From Octopus vulgaris (Eukaryota), in NCBI GenBank assembly GCA_951406725.2, contig OX597820.1, forward strand, positions 39,618,001-39,682,000: a stretch of DNA of 64,000 nucleotides, given 5' to 3'. The notes under the pieces are model-generated. The model saw nothing but the letters and a program-made list of their open reading frames with translations, was not told the origin of the DNA and did no database searches. How positions within the stretch are numbered: position 1 is the stretch's first letter; each line of letters opens with the position of its first letter. The position numbers and the translations under genes are program-made. Shown here in pieces: positions 27,290-41,821 of the stretch.

Positions 27290-27540
27290 ATAGTAATATT
27301 TATATGCCAACAGAGGGTGGCAGTCCTACAGAGGGCGATGTTACTGTTGTTATAGCCTCAGAAAAACATATTTTCCAGCTAGCTATCGACACACAGCTTG
27401 TGTCCGTATAGTATTCGCAAGGGGGGTCATCGCTCCCATCTCTAGCCTTACATAATACACTCAGACCCGGGTTTCTAGGTGGTTACCTGTCATCAGTGTG
27501 AAATAATCACAGGCTAGTGACAAAAGATTTCTCCATTTGT
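27290..27540. repeat. Interspersed repeat related to 33741-34053
   Basis: Shared gatgttactgt..tccagct.gctat.gacacac..gtatt.gcaa.ggg.ggtcatc. Confidence 0.6.
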
Positions 27541-27691
27541 AAATGCTATATAATTTTTAAGCGATGCGCAGTCGCTGAAATCGTATATAGCACTGCCACG
27601 TTCTGGTGGCATATAAACATTACTATTTCGTACTGTTACTGTATATCTCACATTCAGAGATTATATATATATATATATATATATGCATATA

Positions 27692-28895
27692 CAGGTCAGC
27701 TTGCGAGGGATAAATTGTAGCTATGTTATATTTTATATTTCACGCATGCGCATTGTTTGCTTTTGATTTTGTTTGCTACACAGTAGAGTGGGGTCAGCTG
27801 TGAGAAAACCAGCATCATGACACAGTTCATTCTGCCAGAGATTTGGAAACGACATACTGTACTGCTTGGCATTCACGCCGGAAGATCCAAAACAAACATT
27901 CTGAGTGCAGTGCAGAGGATTCGGAAAGAGTTGGATGAGTCTAATGGTGAATATGAAGGTACGGTAGCTCGGAAAATTCACTCAGATCGTTCTGATAAGA
28001 AAAGAACTCCTAAATTCGTTGGTGAGATCCAGGCCATGATTGATAACGATCTCTCCAAGTCAATTAGGGACCAGGGACATGAGAGTGTCGGAGTTTCTTA
28101 TCAGGCAGGTAATGCATGAAAACATTTGTTATTCCTCATAAAGATGAGAAAGGGCTAATTTTTTTTATCCCATGTCATCAAGGACAATTGGAAAGACCGC
28201 TCGACGAAGCTTTTGAACAAACTCAAGCATCCCCTCTGACCGAACACGCTTTGGTTTTACTCAGACGAGAAAAATTTCTGCCAGGATCAGATGGTGAACA
28301 CACAGAAAAGCAGTTGGTTTGCCATGTCCCCAAAACATGTACCGAGAGTGATAAAAATGAAACAGTCAGTTAACATCATAGTGTTTGGAGCGATCACTAC
28401 TGATGGTGACGTTATGCCTCCATTCATCTTCCCACACAACCTCATACTGAGCAAGGAGGCCTACATCAAGTGCCTGGAGGAGATAGTGCTGCTCTGGGTT
28501 AAGAGGATGGCTGTTGGAAGGCCCTATGTCTAGCAACAGGACTCTGCACCATGCCACACAATTTCTGCGACCACATCACCCATTACATCTAGCCACCTAA
28601 CTCCCAAGACTGCAAGCCCCTTGATTATTATGTGCGTGGCGCAGTTGGGCGAGAGACCAATACAGCAACTTGTAACACCAAAGATGGACTGAAGGATTAT
28701 GGCAGCATTCACAGATTTAAATAAGATGAGCGTGCAGAAGAGTTGCAGGAGATTCCGAAGTGGTCTGGAGTCCGTGACTGAAACCAATGGCGATTTTATT
28801 GAATATATTTACTATTTAGTATTTCATGATATTTTCATGTACTCAGTGATATTTTCATTTTTGCGTAATTTAGACAATTAATTCACCGCACCGTG
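27692..28895 (+). mobile_element. Tc1/mariner superfamily DD37D (maT-type) transposon, near full length, decayed
   Basis: TA-flanked TIR-like ends; fragments LWFYSDEKNF, IVFGAITTDGDVMPPFIF, QQDSAPCH, PPNSQDCKPLDYY and KSCRRFRSGLESV..NGDFIE. Confidence 0.9.
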
Positions 28896-28984
28896 TATAT
28901 TTAACTTATATGCTCACATTTATCTTCGTCTTAATATTTATAACACATCAATGCAGACTGATACGATTTTACGCGAGTTGCTGC

Positions 28985-28985
<1 letters not shown>

Positions 28986-29070
<85 letters not shown>

Positions 29071-29168
29071 GTGTCTATCCCTGTGTGTGTGTGTATATAT
29101 ATAATGTATATGTGAATATATATATACATACATACATATACATATATTTATACATATATATACATATA

Positions 29169-29199
<31 letters not shown>

Positions 29200-29200
29200 T

Positions 29201-29231
<31 letters not shown>

Positions 29232-29235
29232 ATAT

Positions 29236-29332
<97 letters not shown>

Positions 29333-29569
29333 AGTATATAAATATAGATAGATATCAAAACTTGCTGATAGGTTGTTGTACAATTGTACAAACATCTATC
29401 TATCTCTGTAGATATATACATGTATAAGTCTATCTATATGTGTACACACATGCATATACATGCATATTTTCGCCTGCATATATTCATAACACAGGCACAC
29501 ACATTTATAACGGTTTTAATATTTATAAGACACATTTATCCAGATTGATACGATTCAAAGCAGGTGACC

Positions 29570-29661
<92 letters not shown>

Positions 29662-29784
29662 GTGTCTATCCCTGTGTGTGTGTATATATATAATGTATAT
29701 GTGAATATATATATATATATACATACATATACACATATTTATACATATATATATATATATACATACATACATATACACACACAC

Positions 29785-29879
<95 letters not shown>

Positions 29880-30123
29880 AGTATATAAATATAGATAGAT
29901 ATCAAAACTTGCTGATAGGTTGTTGTACAATTGTACAAACACTCATCTATCTATCTCTGTAGATATATACATGTATAAGTCTATCTATATGTGTACACAC
30001 ATGCATATACATGCATATTTTCGCCTGCATATATTCATAACACAGGCACACACATTTATAACGGTTTTAATATTTATAAGACACATTTGTCCAGATTGAT
30101 ACGATTCAAAGCAGGTGACCATC
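28986..30123. repeat. Recent tandem duplication, two ~550-590-bp units
   Basis: Unique segments 29330-29572 and 29877-30123 are nearly identical, and the preceding (TATC)n-ctgtgtctatccctgtgtg blocks are also duplicated. Confidence 0.9.
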
Positions 30124-31335
30124 AATCTGAGTGATTGCTGGTTGTACGATTTGATATACTGGAATTAAGAAGGCTACTGTCTTCTAACCTGTAGTATATC
30201 GTCGTCACAGATTTCAAAACTGAAAAACTTATTAAAAATTGCCTGATGTTCTTAGCAGCCCATAAAAATAACCAGTGCTTTATGAACTCTTAAATTATGT
30301 TGTATTCCTGATTAGGATCGCTATTAACAAGAACACATTGCAGTTAGTTGATATATAATATGCTGGGATATATTACGTGACGCATTACCTGATCGTCAGA
30401 GCACACCTGTGGGAGGTGTTCTATAATAAACATCATAACAGATTTATGAAAATACCTGGTCCTTAACAGGGTAGCTGATTTAGCGCTTGATCTAGTTTTC
30501 TTCTATCTTTTCAGATATTGCTTAACTCATGTATATTGCAAACTTTAATGATTTTGTACTCCTGCTGATACGTTTGTAAAGCATCGAGTTAATGCATCAA
30601 TGTTGATTGTTTCACGGCTCTTTTCAGCAATACTAACTTTACTTCTGCTTCATGGGCCTTTTCCAATTATCAGGAATAATAGTAATGTACCAGACTGTGC
30701 ACACATGAAATTGAATTAACTATAACCGACAGAGAGAAGAAAATCTACATCAAATGGCAGAGAAGCCATAGACTTCGAACGAAGTAATGATGTGTGGCAA
30801 AAAGAATCGTCTTGTTAGTTCAGATGTAAGAATGGTAAATAGAAAAGAGAATGGTTAAGAAGGGCTTTCAAGATGTGGTATGTGTACGTAGTGGTGGGAA
30901 GAAAAGATTATGATTAAAGTTATTAACAAGACTAAAGGAGAGAATGTTCAGAGCAACGCGATACAAAATAATGTCAGTTGAATTGGAACACTCTAAAAAC
31001 AGAAAGGAGTGTAGGAGGAGATAAGTAATTGCTTACCAAACTGTTTGGAGTATTGAAAAACAAGGTAGCACGATAGTGCGCCGCGGAGTTGTTGCATAAA
31101 TGTTGAGAGTAATGAAAAATAATTTGTTCTGGGAAAAAGAAATAAGTTTAGAGGACGGAATTAGTATAATGCAAACCATAAAATGTGTAAAGAATCAAGA
31201 AAGCAAATGATGTGCTAATCGACTCATAAAAGCATGTTCTATGCGGAACGGTCATAATTTTAGTTTTTAAAGCTGTTAAAGCTTATCTGGGTTTCCCTGG
31301 GGACAGGATTTCGGACCCTCCCTATCACTAAATAT

Positions 31336-31367
<32 letters not shown>

Positions 31368-31377
31368 TACATACATA

Positions 31378-31970
31378 TAGAGAATGCGATGGGTAAATTG
31401 TCGCCAAGTTATATCTTTAATTTCGCACATGTGCATTGCTTGTTTTTGATTTTATCGAATACACAGTATGGTAGGATCAGTTGGGCACCGTCTGTGAGAA
31501 AAACACCACAAATCTGGAAATTTGGATACGACATGCTGTACTGCTTGGTGTTCGCGCCGAAAGATCCAATAGAAACATTTCAGAGCGTTTGGATGTCAGT
31601 CTGGAGATATGTACAGAAATCAAACATCCAGTTAACATCATAGTGTTTGGAGTGATCACTAGTGTTGACGACGTTATGCCTCCATTCATCTTCCCACACA
31701 ACCGCAAACGCAACACGGAGGCCTACATCATGTACCTGGAGGAGGTAGTACAGCCTGGGTCAAGGGGGTGACTGCTGGAAGGCCATATGTGTGGCAACAG
31801 GACTCTGCACCACGTCACACAAGCAGGATAACCCAGTCATGTCTGTCAAACAATTCCTGCGACCACATCACCCATAACATCTAGCCACATAACTCCCAAG
31901 ACTGTAACCCCTCTTGATTATTATGTGGGGGCGCAGTTGAGCGAGAGAGCAACACAACTCCTTGCAACAT
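31378..31970 (+). mobile_element. DD37D (maT-type) family copy, internally deleted and 3' truncated
   Basis: Same 5' end as the 52207 copy. QQD..PLD spacing counted as 37 residues, allowing one frameshift. Confidence 0.9.
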
Positions 31971-32162
31971 CACTTCCTTCCTAAAGGCAAGACGTGCTTT
32001 TATCTGTCTCTTCTCAAAGCTCTAAAGTGCAGTACCGTGGATGGCGCCAGGTAACCATGTGTAGTGAACGTGCTCTGAAGGCATACTACTAGGAACATAC
32101 CCATAAAGGGTTTCGATACTACATTTTAATATCTCCTATCGAAACTTTAATTTTAAACATAA

Positions 32163-32233
<71 letters not shown>

Positions 32234-32499
32234 GTGTGTGTGTGTATATAAAAATATCGTGTACATAAAAACACATTAAGAGGCTTTTTACTGAAATTAG
32301 TTAGAAACCATGGTCTAGGAACTAAATTAGATGGTAAACGTTTTTATTTTCATTCCTTTCGAGAATTTATCCCTAATTAGTGGTTTGAGTTTTCTGCTGC
32401 TCTTTCTTGAATAATCGTGATGAAATAAATCATAGACTAAAATAATGTTTTCAGAAATAATTAACTATAGCTCATGATTGGGATCTCATAAAGGATTGC

Positions 32500-33560
32500 A
32501 ATAAAGTTCGAAAGGACGCTTGCAGTTTTATTTCAAAGTTCCAGAGACAACCCTGGCTGAAATCCTACCTGTTGGGCATCAAGAGTTGCTCTTCTGTTGG
32601 CAATGTCTTTCTAAACCCTTTTCCTGACTGCACCACAAGCTTTCATAATGAATTCCTCATCAATGTCCTTTTCCCACATCCTACGGGAGGAGGTTTTGAG
32701 GGCTTGCCGATTACTCTGGGCTTCTCACGAGCTTTTCAGTCCAGTTCATTCCAGATGCTTGGGTCTATAGGGTTCAAATCAGGTGATGAAAGAGACCAAG
32801 TGTCCTTATCCCAAAACCTGTCCCAAAATTTATCCACCGCACCTGTATCACGAGTTTCGACTTGCTGGAACGTAAGCTTAAAGTCCTTAACGCTCTTATT
32901 TGTGGTTTCCCTCGTCTCTTGCCTCAAAATATTCAGAAAGAATCCAGGTCTTTACGTCTTTCTAAACCTGAACATAGCAAACTCCTGTCAGTCTCCCATC
33001 CTTCTCAACCATGATCAATAGCATCTTCTTGCCATCAGAATCCATGCAGGCAAAACTCATTACCTTGATAGGGGGATTTTTCCACCTGAAAATGTCATTT
33101 TTCTCTCCTGTCAGTTGATTCTGTTTGTGTGCTTATATTGAGTGAAATTCTTATCTGTTTAAAAGATCACTCAATTTGTTCAAGATGATCTTTGCCCTCT
33201 CCAGTCTTCTAACATTTTGTCCTGGAGTAACACGATGCCTCACAGGTTTCACGTACGATTTCATTTTCATGTTTTCTGTGACCGCTCATTGAGACTCCAA
33301 GCGCCTTATGGATTAAGTCGGATCCCTTCTGATTGCTATTTTCAGCTCCAGATTGAAATGATGATCCCTTTGCGAATATGACCTTCTGATCCAGTTTTCC
33401 CCTCCACTGTTCCCTCTTTCTCAAACTTATTCACAATTCTTTTAACAGTTCTTGAAAGTACTTTTAAAGATAGAAGTCATTCAGAGAATGATTGTTGGTA
33501 TCGTCACTGAAGGTTTGGATTATCTTAGCTCTCTCAACTTTACTTCGTCGGCAAGATATG
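32500..33560 (-). mobile_element. Old Tc1/mariner (maT-like) transposase relic
   Basis: FWDKDTWSLSSPDLNPIDPSIWNEL in ORF 32736-32927 and an HTH-like remnant (IHKALGVS) upstream; boundaries approximate. Confidence 0.65.
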
Positions 33561-33740
33561 GTGAGGTTGGCACAAAACGATTTCAGCCTGTCTTCCTTCT
33601 AGCTAAATATCTCTAAGGGCATTTTACTGATTCTTAGAAAAGCTGGTGTCAGTATGGCCGTAGATCTTATCCGGAAAACATGGAAAATAGCAAATATATA
33701 CAATAATAAATCCCTGAACGAGGTATAGACAGTAACTGCA

Positions 33741-34053
33741 CGACAATGTGAAGTATATTTGCCATCTAAATATGGCTAACCACTAAGGGTGGATGTTACT
33801 GTAGCTTGTAGCTCCAGGAGAACATCTCATCCAGCTGGCTATTGACACACTTTCTGTGCCCTATCGGTATTTGCAAAGGGAGGTCATCCTTCCCTCGTCA
33901 ACCTAATTGATACGCACGGACTGCAGTTTCTGGGTATTGACTCCTCATCAGCCCACGACCATCACCGGTTTTCGATGGAAGGGTCCCAATGCAAATATTT
34001 ATATCCTTTTTCCAGTGTCTTTTCGTCACTGATCTTGAAAAAGTGTAAACAAG
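33741..34053. mobile_element. ~310-bp retroposed insertion flanked by 40-bp direct repeats
   Basis: caataataaatccctgaacgaggtatagacagtaactgca (33701-33740) versus caataataaatctctgagcgaggtataagcagtaactgca (34054-34093). The interior is related to 27290-27540 and 54808-54875. Confidence 0.65.
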
Positions 34054-34353
34054 CAATAATAAATCTCTGAGCGAGGTATAAGCAGTAACTGCAGTTACAC
34101 AATACACAAACATACACACGCACATACACACAGACGCACTCATACACACACACGAACAAACACATACACACACATGTACACACACAGCACTCTGACAAAT
34201 ACAAATCACACACATACAGACACACACACGCACAAGCGTGCACACATATACACGCATCATCCTGCTAAATATAAATCACACGTATACACGAACCCATACA
34301 CACCCCAATCTGAACTCTAAACCAATCAAAAACAAACCCACCACACAAGCAAA

Positions 34354-34402
<49 letters not shown>

Positions 34403-34815
34403 AAACGTGCACATAGATACACACACCATTTTGAACTCTAAGACCAGTCCCCCAAAACCACTGAATATTTTGAACATTTTCAAGTAAACTGTTTAAACAA
34501 AAAGCTCCACTTAGCATTTTCTTATCATTGTCAAAGATTCTATTTTTTAACATTTTCTTATCATTATCAAAGACGGTATAACTGTATTTTAATACAATTG
34601 TGATAACCATTTTTTAACACAACAAAGCCTATACAAAGCTTTACATTTTACTTTTAATAATCATTTAAAAAAAAAAGTGAAACCGGTCAAGTCAATAAAC
34701 GTCTCTAAAAGACCACTGCATTTTCAAACCCTCTCTCATACATACATACATACATACATACATACATACATACATACATACATACATACATACATTCATA
34801 CATACATACATACAT

Positions 34816-34846
<31 letters not shown>

Positions 34847-34929
34847 GATATACATATGTTTGTTGTCTACACAACTTGACTTCGTCTTTTGTTCTTTTTT
34901 TTGTGAATTCCCCCTACCACGCACACACG

Positions 34930-34997
<68 letters not shown>

Positions 34998-35329
34998 CAA
35001 AAAGATGCGAGAGATAAAAATGGGAAAAAGAGGACGTTAAGTGACTAATGGAATCGTAGAGAATACAATAAACTCGATGGATATATATCATGCATATGCA
35101 GATATATACGCGCACGCACGCACACTCACACACACAAACACACACACATACAAAAACATACACACATTGACACATGCACACACGCACATAAACACATACG
35201 TGGCCATGCAGATGCGCTGATAAATAGGGCGATTGATACATAGGCGACTACTGAGAGACATTTAGATAGACTGATTGCTAGATTGATAACTATAAAGACA
35301 CACTGACATATGTATCTCTTACGGATTTC

Positions 35330-35720
35330 CCGTCTTCTCTGGCGAACGGAATCAGTCACGTTTGCGCTGTTGATGATGATAGAACGTGAGACGTCACGCC
35401 TACAAGCTTGCTGACGTCATTTGGTATTAAGATGGCGTATGCAATGTGGCTGGTTCAGCAAAGAAGGAAAAGAACGAGAACATTTGAAAAACCGGACAAC
35501 AGTATGCGGCAGTTCTTGCCGAATTTATTTAGCGAAATCAAGCTGAAATCCATTAACATTATGGTGTGTGATAGCTGATGATATTTCCCAAGTATAAAAT
35601 AATCACGTGCTATTATCAATTGAAGGCATCGCCGCAATGGACAATTGGCATGTGTCGATGCGATGCGTGAGGGAGACGCATGGCTAGCTTCCTCCGTTTG
35701 GAGCAAGCATTTGCAGAAGA
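35330..35720. promoter_or_regulatory. CpG-rich unique island with CRE, YY1 and E-box motifs (candidate promoter/enhancer)
   Basis: TGACGTCA 35412-35419, GACGTCA ~35390, AAGATGGCG 35429-35437, CACGTG 35604-35609. The segment is non-repetitive and bounded by microsatellites. Confidence 0.35.
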
Positions 35721-38700
35721 GAAATGTCTTTGAAAACAGTTTAGATTTATGAGTATGTATGTATGTATGTATGTATGTATGTATGTATGTATGTATGTAT
35801 GTATGTATGTATGTATGTATGTGCGCATGTATGGATGCATGTATGTATATATGTGTGTATGTTTGTATGTATGTATGTATGTATGTATGTATGTGTGAGC
35901 ATTTATGAGTGCCTGTGTATGTGTATTTGCACGTGTGTATTTTATGTATATGTATGCAGATACAAATGTATGTGTAAATGTTTTGGTTTTATTATTCAAA
36001 CATCTATAAAGAAAAGCCGGTATCTAAATAAGAATTATTCTTTTTCATTGGAATTTAGACACCATAACCACTTCACATATGTGCATATATAAATACATAC
36101 TCTTATACATACATACATACATACATACATACATACATACATACATACATACATACATACATACACACAAACGCACACACATACATACGTTCATACATAC
36201 ATGCACATACATACATACACACATACACACATGCATATAGGTTACTCTCCCTTTCTCTTTCTATATGTATGTATGTATTTATGTATGTATGTATGTATGT
36301 ATGTATGTATGTATGTATGTATGTATGTATGTATGTATGTATGTATAGGTGCAGATTTGTGTCTTGTTTTATGTATGTATTCTCATGCATATCGTTGCAC
36401 ATCTAGACATGTTCTTGTATATTTAAATGATAAACTTCTGGGAAGTTTTACAAATTTTTAGTTCCAGTGATGGATTGGATCTGTAGTCTTCGAATCAGCT
36501 TTCTACATTCTGATTTTGAGAAGCCTAATTTCTCAAGATTGGAACTTAGGCAGTGTGTTACGTATGTCTGTCTGTCTGTCTGTATGTATGTATGTATGCA
36601 TGTATGTATGTATGTATGTATGTACGTATGTTTGTCTGTCTGTCTATCTGTCTGTCTATCTGTCCGTCTGTCTGTCTGTATGTATGTATGTATATGGCAT
36701 AGATGTCATTGCACGTGTGTTTCTGAGAAATCTAACATATATATTTGTACACATACTTGTTTGTATGTCTACACGCGTGTATATGCATTTATTACTAACC
36801 AATCTTCTAGCATGTTGGATATATGGCTTGTAATTGTAAAGTTTTAATGAAATAATTAAACATGTTCATTCTTGTATTTGAAATTCATTTATTCAATATT
36901 AGTAGTGCAACAGTTATTTATATAACTAAGCATCTCAATAATTACAGGCATAAATTCAAATTATTATCTGGATAGTTTATGAGTAGATTCATCATTAAAT
37001 GACTGTAGATATTCTCTTTTCTATTTGTCTTTAATATATTAGCATCTTCTAATTTATTGTATGCGGAAACTTCTGAGGACCATAATTTTTAATTCTGGTT
37101 CCATACACAATATTTATCACGCCGTTATATTTTTTTATTCTTAAATATCTGTAGCAACCAGCAAAGAAATAGTCAAATCAGGGATAGAGATGTTGCCTGA
37201 CTGATTCGTATTTATCCCGCATTTTCAATCATTTGGGTACAATTCACTTTACCAACCTCTCTATGGTTTTGAGAATTTTAATTTGTTGAAGCTTTCTTTT
37301 TCATCCCACTCATAGTTTTGACAACATGTCCAAATATTTCTTTCAGGTCATCTGCAAAAACGCCTTGTGCCAATTTGGTGTTTCTGTTGTCTCGAGATCT
37401 AATGACGTACTTTTCAGATGTCTTCAATACAAATGATAAACGGGTCATTGCTCATGCCAACAGCAGTGAACACATACAGCCATAAGCACTAAAGGGGATA
37501 ACAAAAAAATATAAGGATCATTGTATGTATATTCCTTTGTGTGCCGGTATTGGTGTTGTTGGTATGAATGAATATGTGTGTGAAAACCGCTTGTTGTTGG
37601 GCTTCCTGTCGTATTTAATGTGATTACGGTGAGTTGTAAATATCTTGTTTTATCAGCGAACAGAAGGCCTTTAAGTGGTTTGTGCAACCACATATGTGAC
37701 ACACGGGGCTTCTGATTTCCAGTACGAAGTCGCTGGACAAATGTTGGCAAAATCTTTTCCCAGAATCTTTTACTAGAAGCTGAATTTTGAATCCAGTTCT
37801 CGGCAATTTTTTCCTAGTTGAAAGCCGTTACATCGTTTGTACATTTTTCTTCAGCCGGTCACACCGACAACGAGCAGAAATTGAATTCAGGTAGTACTTA
37901 CCTAGTGGTGCTCCTCGCTATTCATTACTCTACGTAGTTGAGAGTGAACACGTCCCTCATGCACAAACTAACGGAATGGTGCTATATAAGTTCTTCTTTT
38001 CGAACTTTTACTTACCTCATCGGATCCGTAGCTTTTAAGTTTAATCAAATATACACACCACCGCACACACCCATATTAACATATACACATACTTACTTAT
38101 ATGTACTAAAACTCTCTCTCTATCTCACTCGGTGTTAATACTCGCATACTACATACTTCACATAGACGTATATAATTTCAACAAACTTCACACTGCTTTA
38201 CGCACAATCAAATACATAAAAACATATACACTTAAAAATACACTGGCACATACATAAAAAAAATACCCACAAAAAATACATTCGTGTAAAAACAGCCATA
38301 CACATAACTTTTGTCTTAGAAGTTTGATCAATTCCCAGGCCTTACCTATGTATATTTTTTGTTTAGAAACCGACAAAAAGAAAACGTAGACCTAACGAAG
38401 CCATTATTCAAGCTCTTTGTTCCCTATCTCACTTTCCATCAAGTAATCTATAATCTGATAAGAGCTCGCTTTGATTTCTTTTTCTTTATATTCTTCAAGC
38501 GTGGCTTGGATTTAAAGTTAAGAAATTAGGTTCGCAACCAGTTGTTTCCGTGTTCGAAACGAGTGGGAAATGTCAAGAAGTTTGTCGATTGTAAATACAT
38601 ACATATGTGAGTGTGTGTATGTATTTGCGTGTGTGTATGTGTTTGCGCGTGTTTGTGTGTATGTGTGTATACATACATACATAAACCTAACCACATATAC

Positions 38701-38873
38701 ATATATTTATATGAAGCGTATACATATAGAATTCTTTGTTATGACAAAAGTATTCAATTTCTGATGGAATGGTTGGTGATGCCGTTGTGACACAACGTGC
38801 CTTGGTCATCTAAACTCGGCAAAGTTCTTCTTCTTCTTCTTCTTCTTCTTCTTCTTCTTCTTCTTCTTCTTCT

Positions 38874-38908
<35 letters not shown>

Positions 38909-39011
38909 TCACTACACACACACAACAGACACATATATTTACACATGCGTACAAATGTATGTATGTATGTATGTATGTATTTATGTATGTATGTATGTAT
39001 GTATGTATGTA

Positions 39012-39570
39012 CGAAGTATGATTAGTAAGTACCCGGACTGTTGCCATAGTAATGAAGCTAAAGCACGCAGTGTAAAGCCGCTGGTCGCAGATTGACCTTG
39101 AACTCTGCTGTGCATGTGCACTAAGTTGTAACGTTCTAGCTCACTTCCACTGTATACAGCAGTGTTTGGAAGGAAGGTGTGTAGCGTGTGACTGTCGCAT
39201 CGACCATGATGAAGTTGTCATGGCGATAACTGCTCAGAGGCCAATGCAAAGTTACAGAAAGTCTATGGAGAGGAGTGTTTGATCTGCACACAAATGTACG
39301 GGTGGCTCAGCTCAGACGTTTCTAAGATGGCCGAAAAATCTCGATAGTGACGAACTTTCTGAAAGACTCGCAACCAGTAGAACTGAGAAAAATCATTGCA
39401 GATGTGTGTGCAGCTGTGAGGGGAAGTCGTCGAATCACCATCCATGAGTTATCAGAGGATGTGCGGATTAGTTACGATTCAGTTCTCTTTGATCAGCTGA
39501 AAGCAGTTTTGGCACAAACTTGGCAGACACGCGTCTCATACCCAAATCTTGAGTGATAATGAACTGAACT
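39012..39570 (+). mobile_element. Second copy of the 7.0-kb mariner derivative, truncated, with an ~80-bp internal inversion
   Basis: TA|cgaagtatgattagtaagtacccgg.. matches 7020. 39491-39570 is the inverted ITQDLGMRRVSAKFVPKLLSAD segment. Confidence 0.9.
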
Positions 39571-39944
39571 GCTGCTTTTCCTGCGTCTCTGTCCCTTTTG
39601 TGCGTCAGGGGTTTGGTTGATATTTCTTGTTCCTGGATTGCAAACACATACCCTTCAAAGTGGGAGTTAGCAATCCGGCTGTTGGTCCATAATAGACTGC
39701 TTTGATGATCAATGTCACTATCATTCCGGAGCTTTCTACTTACATATCCATGCATGGTATTCTGCTGATACACGCTCATCCTTTAATCTGATGATACGTT
39801 GCAGTAGAGTTTTGTGACTTCTTCGGGAATATATTTGAGGTTATCAGAGAAGGAATGTTGCTCAAGGAGCTGCTTTCCAAGTCTCATGATGTTTTTGAGC
39901 CTCATGTATGCAAACTTGTTCAAAGGATGCACTTCGACACTTGC

Positions 39945-39978
<34 letters not shown>

Positions 39979-41570
39979 TGTATGTATGTATGTATGTATG
40001 TATGTATGTATGTATGTATGTATGTATTATGTATGTATGTATTATGTATGTATACCAGTATGCAAGCCTTTATTTAGAGATGAATTATCAGCCGAACCGT
40101 TGGAGAGTCGGATACAATGACTTGTGGCATTTATTTAAACTCTTTGCGCACTGAGTTCAATTCTCACAATCCTCTTTAATGTAGATTAAATGAAAAATTA
40201 CCACTCAAGCACGGCAGACAGCCTGAATTATTAAAATGTCGGATGAGACGATTTGCCATGTTCCTTCTGATTCTTTTCTCCCTGCTTTACTACTTGTGCT
40301 AAGCTGTGTCAAACTTGCCTTTCTCTTGGAAAACATAGATGAAAGACAATCAGTTGCATGAGAACTACTAGACAAATAAAACAAACGTTGGAGAGAATCT
40401 TTCCAAATAGAAAGAATCTTCCTAGGTGTAGTTACAAAGTCTAATCTGACGGATGGAAGCCTATATATTCTCATGAAGAATAATAATAGTTACCGAGATA
40501 GGCGAAAAAGACTCGGTCTCTTTGAATTCAATGAACAGTTGCAATACATTATTTTGCACTGAGTTACGGGAACTCACACGTCACGCTCAGTTAGAAATAC
40601 TGTAAAACAACAACTGGCCCGTTGGGAGCACGTAACCAAAGATACTACCTACTGTTTAGCAATTGTGATGCAAAGAGAGAGAAAAAAAGAAGAAAAAAAC
40701 AACGGGAAAAAAATCGCATTTGGAAGAGGAGGAGGAGGGTTTTAACCAATTATTTGCTGCTAGTAATTACGAAACTGGTGTCTTATTTTAATGACACTAA
40801 TAAGGACAAATGTGAAAGAGACAGCAGTAGATCTCAATGAGAAATTAACTTTGTACATAAAGAAAAGCTACTAAATGCCTGAAATCACGTTAATCCAGTG
40901 CTTTGCCGATTTTGTCAATCCACAACATATTTCATAATTGCTAATAACATTTATAATACCTCTACTATATATTTATCAAAACGGTGCTTGTATTTACATA
41001 AAACATATTGAATCTATACATTATCAAGCCAATTACGCTAAGCTCTAAGGAACATTTGGTATTTATAAGAATATTACATCATTCACTAATTAAAGGTTTT
41101 TGATGTTATCCTAAAACTTAGTGATAGAAGTAATATTTGATACAAGATCTGTTAGGTTCAAGATCGACAAGCTATAATATCTATTAGAAAAAGTAAACAT
41201 ACTCTTAGATAAGAAATATGTCATTATAACATTGTATGCTTCTCTAGGCTTTGGATAAAAATATACTGGAGAATTCAAATCAAAATTTCTTAAGTTTCTG
41301 TAGAGTTTTACATCCTTTATTAAAGAGATTGCGGTCTCTACAAGATGTCTAACTGAGCTCGCTTAACTTCCTAAAGACCCCAACCGAAAACCCGGAAGCT
41401 ACGTTTACTTCCGGCAGAAAACCGGTTCAATATTCTACAATATTATAAACTGGCATTAATTTCTTTTGCAAAGTTTGTGATCTTTGATATTCTTACAAAT
41501 TTACGAATAAATACTCTCTATTATTACGCTAAGCTCTTATAAGCATTTGTCTATTTGCCCGCCTGCTTTG

Positions 41571-41821
41571 CTTCTTCTTCTTCTTCTTCTTCTTCTTCTT
41601 CTTCTTCTTCTTCTTCTTCTTCTTCTTCTTCTTCTTCTTCTTCTTCTTCTTCTTCTTCTTCTTCTTCTTCTTCTTCTTCTTCTTCTTCTTCTTCTTCTTC
41701 TTCTTCTTCTTCTTCTTCTTCTTCTTCTTCTTCTTCTTCTTCTTCTTCTTCTTCTTCTTCTTCTTCTTCTTCTTCTTCTTCTTCTTCTTCTTCTTCTTCT
41801 TCTTCTTCTTCTTCTTCTTCT
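41571..41821. repeat. Long pure (CTT)n microsatellite, ~250 bp
   Basis: Uninterrupted CTT run; source of the poly-K/R/E/S/L ORFs in the track. Confidence 0.98.

Noticed and set aside
37300-38030. Possible host exons (minus-strand GTAAG donors near 37900 and 38014; plus-strand acceptors near 37325 and 30514)
   Set aside because: No consistent reading frame or recognisable protein, and isolated splice-like motifs are expected by chance. RNA-seq would be needed.
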